Position numbers and translations under genes: made by a program. A DNA stretch of 64,000 bases, taken from contig CAXXJV010000002.1 in assembly GCA_963663475.2 (NCBI GenBank), positions 160,001 to 224,000 on the forward strand. Direction: 5' to 3'. Shown in pieces: positions 1 to 9,000 of this stretch. A model generated the notes under the pieces. That model ran no database searches. It was not told where the DNA came from and saw only the letters and a list, made by a program, of their open reading frames with translations. Position 1 is the first letter of the stretch. Each line of letters begins with the position of its first letter. Source of the stretch: Candidatus Cloacimonadales bacterium (GTDB lineage: Bacteria > Cloacimonadota > Cloacimonadia > Cloacimonadales > JAFGVF01).

Positions 1-1489
1 ATCTCATCTCACTAAGTTGAGTTTGCAAATTTATTATGATAGCACTTAAAGCATCTTTCTGTCTGTGAAGATCATTTAACAGAGAAGAAACTTCAGGGTT
101 TAACTCCATACTCTTAATAATTCGTGCTAAAGCAATTTTCCTTTGGGAAAGAGAGATAACTTTTGTTTCTGATTTGATCAAATCTGATAGAATTTGTTGC
201 TTTAATGGATTATTACCAACACTTTTTAATTGAACATTCTGCTCAGCACCTTCTTCAATTAAAGTGGTTATATTTGCAATATTTCTTCTGATACCAATAA
301 CTTTAGGATGGTTTTCTCCATAGGAAGTTAAAGCTCTAGCAAGATCAACTTCGAGATTGAGAAGTCTCATTTTAAGGGGTTCACTGTAGGTTGTTTCGGT
401 AGTATATTCCGAATCTTCTTCTTTTAATCTTTGTTTTAATGCTCGAATATTGGCATTTTCTGATTCAAGTTCAACCTCTGTACTTGAGAGTATGTCTTTA
501 AAACTAGATAAACGCTTAAAATTATCTTCAATATCACCAGAAAAATTTTTAAAATTATGTTTTCTATAGAGATTTTCAATAGCTACATTTAGAGAATCTA
601 ATTCCCTATTATTCCTGTCTAATTGCTCTTCTAAATAGCGGATAGTCTGAGCATAGTTATCATTTCTGATAGACATATCATAGTCATTGACTGCGTAATA
701 GTAGTAATTAGCAATCTGGGCTGCGATATTAGGGTTTGTGTGGGTAGAAGTGAGGTTAATGACTCTTTCTTCATCTCTTAAGGTAGAGGTCTCTAGAGAA
801 GCTTTAATAGCTCCTGGAGAAACAATTCCTTCCATATAACGAGATACTCTAGTAGCTACATCAGATGATTCGATAATCTGTATCCAAGTAGAAAGTTTCA
901 TTTGTTCTTTAAGAACAGGTTTCTGATTAATAACTTTAAGTTCCATAATGTCATTATTAATCAAGAGTTTAGTAGTTGCCTTGTAGATAGGAGTCTGGTT
1001 TATTGAGTAAATATAGGCTGCTAAAATTAAAGCAATTGTTACTAAAATTATCATAAACTTATAACGATAAGCAATCTCTAAATAATCCATGATATTTATT
1101 TCATCTTCAAATATGTTCTTCTTAGGTGGAGCAGGGGGATAATTTGTATAGCGATTTACTTGGTCATTGTTTAGAGAAGAAGTCTGTTGATTTGAACCTG
1201 TATCTGGATTATTCACAAAATCAGTTCCATAAGAACCAATATTGGCTGGCTGATTAATTTCTAAATTAGTCTGATTAGTTACTTGCTGATTAGTTTGGTC
1301 AATATTATTGCTCTTAAGATTAGACTGTAGATCAGGAGAACCATCCTTTTTTTCACTTCTATTAACGAAAACAGATTTTTTCCCATCTTCATTTTTCTCA
1401 GAAGTAAAAGCATTTTTATCAATCTCGCTAGCTTTAGCAGCTGCTCTCATTGATCTTAATTCTGCAATAGATATTTTTTTATCTGCCAT
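1..1489 (-). CDS. Wzc/GumC-type polysaccharide co-polymerase (chain-length determinant), runs off window edge
   Basis: Not in ORF track (open at edge). Hand translation from ATG 1489: MADKKISIAELRSMR..., about 125 aa N/Q-rich leader, then Wzz-type start 'EDEINIMDYLEIAYRYKFMIILVTIALILAAYIYSINQTPIYKATTKLLI', 'NPNIAAQIAN', coiled coils and 'YGENHPKV'. C-terminus (possible BY-kinase) not visible. Confidence 0.85.
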   Translation of the reverse strand, partial: MADKKISIAELRSMRAAAKASEIDKNAFTSEKNEDGKKSVFVNRSEKKDGSPDLQSNLKSNNIDQTNQQVTNQTNLEINQPANIGSYGTDFVNNPDTGSNQQTSSLNNDQVNRYTNYPPAPPKKNIFEDEINIMDYLEIAYRYKFMIILVTIALILAAYIYSINQTPIYKATTKLLINNDIMELKVINQKPVLKEQMKLSTWIQIIESSDVATRVSRYMEGIVSPGAIKASLETSTLRDEERVINLTSTHTNPNIAAQIANYYYYAVNDYDMSIRNDNYAQTIRYLEEQLDRNNRELDSLNVAIENLYRKHNFKNFSGDIEDNFKRLSSFKDILSSTEVELESENANIRALKQRLKEEDSEYTTETTYSEPLKMRLLNLEVDLARALTSYGENHPKVIGIRRNIANITTLIEEGAEQNVQLKSVGNNPLKQQILSDLIKSETKVISLSQRKIALARIIKSMELNPEVSSLLNDLHRQKDALSAIIINLQTQLSEMR

Positions 1490-1492
1490 TAG

Positions 1493-2326
1493 TTACTGCC
1501 CATTGTTTTCTAAATCTTGAAAGACAATTTCTACTAAGTCTTTATCGATAAGTTTGATAGATTCCATAGAGGCTATATCCATGGATATTTTGCAAACTCG
1601 GTTAATTTCTCTTGGAATTCCGTTAGTTTTAGCATGGATTAAGTTTCTTGCTTCAGGAGAAAAAACATGGCTTTCTGCACCTGCTATCTTTAATCTATGC
1701 TGAATATATTTACTAGTCTCATTTGCTGAAAGATGGGAAAGATGGTAACGCATACCTATTCTTTGGTTGACTTGAGGTAACTTTTCAACATTTTTAATTA
1801 AAGATGGTTGACCTATCAAGATGATAATAATTGGACTATCAAAACCAAAGGTTATATTGGTTAAATCTTTTAAATAATCAAGGTCTCGAGAGGCAATTTT
1901 CTGAGCTTCATCAAATAAAAGAAAGAGTCTATTATTTGAGCTATTGAGTTTTTTTTCTAGAAGTTTTCTTAATTTAATTTCTAAAGAATATCTACGGGAA
2001 GGTAGGTTATCAGGGTCTTCTTTAGTTAGCTGATAGAGGGTTTCTTTCATTATCTCAGCAAAACTGTAGGAAGTAGAATTGATATTAACAAGCATGTTGT
2101 CAGGATTTTCTGTTTTTAAAGATTCAATAAGAACTAGTTTTGTAATAGTTTTTCCTGTGCCTACATCACCACTCAGCATTCCCATATTCATAGAACCTGA
2201 TTCTGTAACGTAATGCAGACGTTCTAGTGCTTCTAAATGGTCAGAACTTTTATAGTAAAATCTTGGGTCGTTGTTATCCTGAAAAGGAGGGATTTTTAAG
2301 TTCCAAAAGGAATAATAATCTATCAT
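1493..2326 (-). CDS. ExeA/GspA-type AAA ATPase (stand-alone, no PG-binding tail)
   Basis: N-terminal 'YYSFWNLKIPPFQDNNDPRFYY', Walker A GDVGTGKT, Walker B LLFDEAQ, 'ILIGQP', 'YIQHRL', 'GIPREINRVC'. Confidence 0.9.
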   Translation of the reverse strand: MIDYYSFWNLKIPPFQDNNDPRFYYKSSDHLEALERLHYVTESGSMNMGMLSGDVGTGKTITKLVLIESLKTENPDNMLVNINSTSYSFAEIMKETLYQLTKEDPDNLPSRRYSLEIKLRKLLEKKLNSSNNRLFLLFDEAQKIASRDLDYLKDLTNITFGFDSPIIIILIGQPSLIKNVEKLPQVNQRIGMRYHLSHLSANETSKYIQHRLKIAGAESHVFSPEARNLIHAKTNGIPREINRVCKISMDIASMESIKLIDKDLVEIVFQDLENNGQ

Positions 2327-3015
2327 TAGCTTTCCTCTTTTCTCTGTTTGCTAAGTTTAATCTCAACTCTTCTATTCTTTTCTCTATTTATTTCAGTATC
2401 ATTTGGGGCAATAGGTTTAAATTCTCCATAGCCCATAATCTGCAATTGATCAGCAGAAAAATAATTATTTCTTAAGAAAAATTTAACTATACTAAGAGCT
2501 CTTGCTGTTGATAGCTCCCAGTTAGAAGCATACTTAGTAGTTGATATGGGAATATTATCAGTATGACCTTCTATTCTAATACTCCAACTGTCGCCGTCAT
2601 CAATTATGCTTTGTATTTCTTTAGCAATATCTAAAAGAGTGGACTGTGAGTTCCATTTTAAATCTGCCTTACCACTTTCAAACAAAATTTCTCCTGGAAT
2701 GGAAATAACTTTTTCATTGAGGTCAGAAACTTCTTCATAGAGAGTTGAATCAACTGCTACTTCATTTTCTGATAGTATCTTCTGGGCTTGCTGATCAGCA
2801 ACATTTTGCCAGCCTATTTCAGTGTCTTTTATTAAATAGAAAAAAACAAAGAATATTAAGAGAAGGGTCATCATATCAGAGTAGGGAACTAAGCTCACAT
2901 AAAAACCTGAAAAATCACTCTCAGGGCTGTCAAAATCTTGCCCTTTATGCTGATCTTCTGCAATATCATATTTGTTAGTCTTGATTTTATCCCTATCCTT
3001 TAAAGAATTAAACAT
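2326..3015 (-). CDS. motB: MotB/PomB-type stator subunit
   Basis: TM motif 'VPYSDMMTLLLIFFV' with the conserved ion-binding Asp; OmpA-like PG-binding domain 'EGHTDN...SNWELSTARA...GYGEFKP...NRRVEI'. Confidence 0.92.
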   Translation of the reverse strand: MFNSLKDRDKIKTNKYDIAEDQHKGQDFDSPESDFSGFYVSLVPYSDMMTLLLIFFVFFYLIKDTEIGWQNVADQQAQKILSENEVAVDSTLYEEVSDLNEKVISIPGEILFESGKADLKWNSQSTLLDIAKEIQSIIDDGDSWSIRIEGHTDNIPISTTKYASNWELSTARALSIVKFFLRNNYFSADQLQIMGYGEFKPIAPNDTEINREKNRRVEIKLSKQRKEES

Positions 3016-3745
3016 AAATCTTTTCTAGACCTGCTTTAATCAATTCTGAGTTCTTTTTGTTCATAATTCCGATTACACCTTCAATGATAATTTTCCTACT
3101 CATAAAGGAATATTCAGCCTTGCTGGCTAGTTTACCTGACATAGGTCTGAAGATAACAACAGATATAATTAGTCCATAAAGGGTAGTAACTAAGGCCAAA
3201 CTCATGGCTTTAGGAATGACTGTTGGGTTGGTAATATTTCCTAACATAGCAATCAAACCAATAACTGTTCCTATCATTCCAAAGAGAGGGGCAATATTAC
3301 TGGCAACTGAAAATATTTTAGCTGAATTCTTATGCTTATTCAAAATAGAATAAGATTCTTTTTCTAATAATCTGGGTATTTCTTCGGCAGGAAGATTATC
3401 AGTAATTAACTTTAAAGCATTTCTAAAAAATGGTAACTTCTGAACTTCATCGTAGTCCATGATTTCCTTGATAGTAACAGAACGAGAATCTTTACTAATG
3501 GAAACTATAGTATCTACTAGGTCATCATGACTATATTGATCTTGTGGGTTACTATGAAAGAAGTCCTTTAGAGCTCTCATAAGAGAAGTAGCTGAATAAG
3601 TGCTTATTAAAGATGTAATGGTTCCACCAAAAGTTACCAAAAGAGCTATGGGATCCAAATAAGAACTAAGGTCTCCTTTATTATTAATAGCAATAAAGAG
3701 TATTAAAACACAGAGAAACCCACCAATAAAAGTAGAAATTTTCAT
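3008..3745 (-). CDS. motA: MotA/PomA-type stator subunit
   Basis: 'ALLVTFGGT' in TM2, 'APLFGMIGTVIGLIAML' and 'AMSLALVTTLYGL' in TM3/TM4, 'IIEGVIGI'; 8-nt overlap with motB. Confidence 0.92.
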   Translation of the reverse strand: MKISTFIGGFLCVLILFIAINNKGDLSSYLDPIALLVTFGGTITSLISTYSATSLMRALKDFFHSNPQDQYSHDDLVDTIVSISKDSRSVTIKEIMDYDEVQKLPFFRNALKLITDNLPAEEIPRLLEKESYSILNKHKNSAKIFSVASNIAPLFGMIGTVIGLIAMLGNITNPTVIPKAMSLALVTTLYGLIISVVIFRPMSGKLASKAEYSFMSRKIIIEGVIGIMNKKNSELIKAGLEKIYV

Positions 3746-3757
3746 AAATTAAAATCC

Positions 3758-5140
3758 TTAATAGTTTAGTATATAACGTATTTTTTGAAGTGAATGATTT
3801 ATAATTTTTTCAGCTTCATCTTCTTGAATTTTACCGATTACTTCCATATCTTCTTTAAGAATAATAACAGCTCTTTCTGATAATTGAGAGAAAAACTTCT
3901 GCCTAATATTATCTGGCAAGCATTTAAGGAACTGTACCATTTCTAAATGACTAAACTCACTGTTAATCTGCTCAATTTGGACATTCTTGAGATTTAAAAT
4001 ATCATCCATTAGGAATATTTTCTGTTTAACTTGCTCAGCAATTTCTGGTTTTAACTCTTTTAACTTGTTGAAAAGAGTTTGGGCTACACTCAATGAAGAA
4101 GAATTGATAAAGTTTATCATTGTCTTCACATTGTTAATTTTAACAGGATTTTTATCAAGGGCTTCCAGATACTTCTGATACATTCCAACAACCATAATTT
4201 TCATGTCTAATTGCAGAATATTTTCCATCTCTATTATATGTTTCAAGACTTCATCAATAGATCCATCATAAAATTTGAAAAAGTAATCGACCTTACTAGC
4301 TTCAACCTGTGTCAAGATTAAAGCGATTTCACGAGGATTCTCGTTTTTCACAATAGAGAGAAAATTACTGTTAGATAATTCATTAAGGAAATCAAGATTG
4401 GTATTCTCAGCCTCATCATCATCCTTGAGTAATTTTACCTGTAGAGGTTTATTTGAACCTCCTGAAAGCTGATTATTTGCAGCTGATTCTGCACTTTTGA
4501 ACATTTGAAAATCTCTAGTTTCCCCTAACTTTAGCTGGTCAAGGTTAGATATCTTTATTCTTCTTAGGGACTTAGCAATGATTCTTGTTGAATTTCTAAT
4601 ATTATTAATTATCAACATAGCTAAAAGAAAAGCTATGAGTAATAATACGTTTCTAAAATTAAAGAGGGAAGAACTAGCACTAGTAACCAGGGGTAGGTCT
4701 GCTCTAATAGATACTTGGTCCTGAGTTACTAATTCTTGGGAAGAAGTGTTTATGACGATTTCTTCAATCTCTTTAAGTAGCTCTTCTTTAGTGTCTTCTG
4801 GAACCCGCACCATAATCGATAATTTTGTTATTTCAGTAGGTGCATAGTCGCTTAGATCTATGTTAGGCATTGAAGAATCACTCTTACCAACTGGTAATCC
4901 TGGTAGACTTAATTTCTCATCAAGTCTTAAATTACCTTGGTTTGACTCAAATAGATTATACTTTAAATCTAAATCTACAAAGACAATCGCTCTATCAACA
5001 AAAATACTTAAATTTTTCTCTATTCTCTCAGCTAACTCATTTTCTGCCTTTATTTCTCCTAGCGAGTTTTTAGGAGTTGCTGTCAGTAGTGTGTTAGTGC
5101 AAAAGAATAGTGCTAAGATTAATCCAATATATGATTTCAT
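3758..5140 (-). CDS. Membrane-anchored FliG-like rotor protein with N-terminal FliF/RBM3-like periplasmic domain (FliF-FliG-like fusion)
   Basis: Likely ATG 5140 (AGGGGT RBS; track starts at TTG 5194). Signal/TM 'MKSYIGLILALFFC', FliF_C-like 'VFVDLDL...PGLP...ITKLSIMVRV...ELLKEIEEIV...DQVSI', TM 'VLLLIAFLLAMLII', FliG_M-like 'ENPREIALIL', 'IFLMDDI' (MFxF-like), FliG_C torque helix 'FFSQLSERAVIILKEDM'. Confidence 0.8.
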   Translation of the reverse strand: MKSYIGLILALFFCTNTLLTATPKNSLGEIKAENELAERIEKNLSIFVDRAIVFVDLDLKYNLFESNQGNLRLDEKLSLPGLPVGKSDSSMPNIDLSDYAPTEITKLSIMVRVPEDTKEELLKEIEEIVINTSSQELVTQDQVSIRADLPLVTSASSSLFNFRNVLLLIAFLLAMLIINNIRNSTRIIAKSLRRIKISNLDQLKLGETRDFQMFKSAESAANNQLSGGSNKPLQVKLLKDDDEAENTNLDFLNELSNSNFLSIVKNENPREIALILTQVEASKVDYFFKFYDGSIDEVLKHIIEMENILQLDMKIMVVGMYQKYLEALDKNPVKINNVKTMINFINSSSLSVAQTLFNKLKELKPEIAEQVKQKIFLMDDILNLKNVQIEQINSEFSHLEMVQFLKCLPDNIRQKFFSQLSERAVIILKEDMEVIGKIQEDEAEKIINHSLQKIRYILNY

Positions 5141-5751
5141 TAAACTTACCCCTATTGTGGCAAGAATGAGAAATAAGCTAATTTTGGCAAGCACTTTTTT
5201 TTATAATCTTTATAATTCTGCAAAATTTGCATGTTTATGGTTATTATAAACTCAAAATGTCTCCCAAAAATAATGTTAAAATAATATAGTAAAATGTAGA
5301 TTATATCTATGTTAAACAGAAAGATAAGCTGAATATATAGAAATGAAATACTTATCTAAATTAGCAAAATGTCTTCTAAAAGTATCCATTTAGAAGGGAG
5401 ATTAATATTTTCTATACAATCTGCAAATTTAAGAGTCTATTTCCTAATAAACCCTAATATTGCTAGAGAATTTAGCCAATGTACTTATTTCTAATATTCT
5501 ACTATTTTCCCCGAGCTTACAGTCTGAATTTTTCTTTTAAGGAGTCTATCCTAACCAGCGAGTATTCAATGAATAATACATAAATTAATGCAAATAATTA
5601 AGTCTTAATTTTCATTATCCAACAAAGATACTACCAGTAAAAATATAGTGACAATACAAAGATAAATTCATTGATAAAAAAAACTGTTAATTCTTTCTTC
5701 TAGTAATGTGCCTATGGCTCACCTGTGTTTTGTTTCCCTTAGCCATGACTA

Positions 5752-5814
5752 ATCCTTCCTTTACAGTCTTTCGATGAAAGTCCAGGTTTCATCGAAAGAC
5801 TGTAAAGGAAGGAT
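5752..5814. repeat. Perfect 28-bp inverted repeat (palindromic element, copy 1)
   Basis: ATCCTTCCTTTACAGTCTTTCGATGAAA-gtccagg-TTTCATCGAAAGACTGTAAAGGAAGGAT; near-identical copy at about 47485-47544. Confidence 0.95.
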
Positions 5815-6058
5815 CAAGGATGAACCAAGGGTAAAAAACATAATTTCGGAAGGTGAAAATCATTTTAAAGCAATATAAAAACATGTTTATAATTTGCTAG
5901 TTAAAAAATATTTAATATAACTACTATAAATCTACAAAAATAAAATAAATTAAAAATAATCAAGAAATGCAAGCAGAATATTCTCTTGAATCCTATTTTT
6001 TTATTGACTATGATGCTTGTCTAAATATTATCAGCCCATAAATCATAGGAGCACTTTA

Positions 6059-9000
6059 ATGAAGTTATTTATAGCTAAAAATAAGACTATTCTTGTACTT
6101 GCTTATCTCTTAATGTTTGCTACTTTTCTCGCTGGAAACAAGCAGTTTGATCTAAACAGTTGGCAAGGAAACTATAATGTTAAAGGGAAAAATGCTTTTG
6201 ATCAATTTGGTTATCAAATTATGTCTGGTGACTTTAATGGCGATGGAATTGATGATATTATTGCCTCAAGTCCTTCAGCTGATCCATTAGGTAGAAACTC
6301 TGCAGGAGAAGTCTATATTTTTTGGGGTAATGAACAGAGTGAACAGTCTGTCAACATAGATTTAAGTTCTGCTACTGCAGATGTAACCATTATAGGGGCA
6401 GCAAGTGGAGACAAACTAGGCTACTCAATAGCTACCGGATCCTTTAATGGTGATAGCTATAGAGATTTTGCTATATCAGCTCCTTATAGCAATAATGGGC
6501 AGACTCTCCAAACTGGTTCTGTTTACTTATTTTATGGAGGCACAAATCTAGCAGGGACTATTGATTTAAGTATCGATACAGCCCAACACCACTTTCTGGG
6601 ACAAACAACAAATGATTATCTCGGGCAAGAATTAATCTTTACAGACCTTAATAATGACAATAAGGATGAATTAGTAATTTCTGCTCCTGAAGGAGATAAA
6701 GCAGAACTTAATAATTGTGGTTTGGTTTATCTTATATGGTCTCATGAAAGTTATGGACAAACAGTTAATTTATCACAAGCTAGTAATATTTCATTTTTGG
6801 CTGGTTTGTCTATTAATGATAATTTAGGACGATCCCTAGCAAGTGCCAATATTAATAATGATCTTTTTCAAGACTTACTTTTAGGAGCTCCTGGAGTTGA
6901 TGAGGAGAGTCTGATAAATAACGGGAGTGTATATCTTCTTAAAGGGCGGACTTTCTTTCCTTATGGGGAAATATCCCTAGTTAATGATAATTTTATTGAA
7001 ACTGAAATTAAGGGAGGCTTTCATTCCTCAAATTTAGGAAGGACTATGGCTGCTGGTGATATTAATGGAGATGGATTTGGAGATATTAGTCTAAGTGATT
7101 TTTCTCAAAATAGCGCTTCTAATCTGGTTTATATCGTCTATGGAAGCAATTCTCTAGCTAGCTCAATGAGCCTTAACGATGAATCAGCTAATATAAAGAT
7201 ATCTCATCAAGGAATCTCAGATAATTTATTTGCAACAAATCTCTTTATTGGTAATGTAAATCAAACCAGTCCCGAAGATTTAATAATTTCTTCTCCTCAG
7301 GCTTTTTCCAATAATGGTAATGAAAGTGGCTTAGTACATGTTCTTTATGGAAGAAATCAGTTTGAAACAAGCTATGATTTAGCACTAGATTCTTACGATG
7401 AGATATATCATGGACAGGTAGCTAATGCAAATTTGGGTTCTGCTCTAGCTTTAGCTGATTTTAACAATGACCTTAAAACAGATATATTCCTAGGTTCAAT
7501 CAATGCAGGTAATACTAAAGGTTCTCTTTATGGAGTCTATGGAGGAATACCATGGGCCTGGAACCTACTGCCAACTGACGGAGCAAGCAATGTTGATATT
7601 GATCAAGCAATAGCTTTTTCCTTGTCTGATGACCAGCAAATAGACTTAAACTCTCTTAATGTTAATATTGCTGGAACAGCTTATGATATCAATTCTAATA
7701 ATCTCTCCTATAGTGGTTCTGGAAACTTTTATAGGATAACAATTGTACCAGAAGCCTATTTTGGTTATAATCAGATAATCAATGTAAGTATTCAAGCAAG
7801 TGATAATGAAGGTTGGCAGATACCAACAAGCAATTATAGATTTTTTACTAGAGAAGATACTGATCCACCCTTTACTAACCAATGGTTACCAGCTCCTGAC
7901 CAACAAGGAGTTCCAATTGATACTAATATTGAATTTAATGTCTATGATTTAGGAGAAGGGGTTAATCTATCCTCAATTATCGTTAATATTGATGGAACAA
8001 ACTACTATTCTGGTTCTCCTTACTTCTCTCACTTAGGGCAAGTTAATAATTTTAGAATTATAGTTAATCCACCAGACAACTTTTCTTTTGGACAAGAAGT
8101 TTTTGTTACAATTGATTGCCAAGATTTAGCTCCCCTCCCTAATTCTATGTCCACCTTTAGTTATTCATTTATATGTGGACAGGATAACTCAGCTCCATCA
8201 ATTATTGTGATTGAGCCTAGTTATGGGGAAGAGGTGGCCAGAACTAATATCTTATCTGTTGAGGTAGCTGATAGTGAATCAAATCTTAACCAGAACTCCT
8301 TAATCTTTAGACTAGATAATGAAAATATCTTACCATTCTCAGATATTCAAACTCTTAGTAATGGCAATCTAAAAGTTACTTATAATCCTTTAGAAAATCA
8401 GTTATTAACTTATGGACAAAGAGAGATTTATTTTTATGTGGAAGATGCTTCAACTAATGCTAATAGTATTGATACAACTTCTGTTTTTACTGTGATAGCA
8501 GATAATCAAGCCCCCTATACAGCTAATCATTTCCCAGAAAAGTTCTCTGTAGATAATCCAACTAATAGCCAATTTAAGATTGATGTTTTTGATTTGCTCA
8601 GTGGTATCGATCTTACAACTTTATCAATAAAAATTAATGATGTAGAAATTAGTCTCAGTGAAACTACTTCAATATCTGCCCTCAATAATGGATATAGGGT
8701 CATTTATAACCCACCTGAAAGACTTGTGGGGGAGGTATCGGTAGAAGTTCAAGTAAGCGACTTAGAAAATCCAGCTAATACCATGCCTTTAGAAAGCTAT
8801 ACATTTACAACTTCTTTAGATGAAGATGCTCCTTATATTAGTGATTTGTATCCTGAGGAAGGGGCGGTTAATATACCCATAGATGCTAATCTTTCCTTTA
8901 AACTTTATGATGATAAAACAGGGGTAGATAGGTCGTCTATCCAAGTTTTAATAAATGATAATGATGTTAGCCAAGATTTGAATATTGCTACTATTTCAGG

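Noticed and set aside
2326-3745. Zorya (ZorAB) anti-phage system or ExbBD/TolQR
   Set aside because: MotA is only 245 aa with no long ZorA tail, no ZorC/D/E genes are present, MotB has the flagellar-type TM and OmpA domain, and a FliG-like partner is adjacent.
1308-5249. Short plus-strand ORFs (1308, 2227, 2745, 3987, 4860, 4870)
   Set aside because: Antisense to well-supported motor-operon genes; no motifs.
5420-5431. Bacteroidota-type TAnnTTTG promoter on the minus strand
   Set aside because: Single match in very AT-rich DNA, while other upstream regions show TTGACA-type boxes; not supportable.
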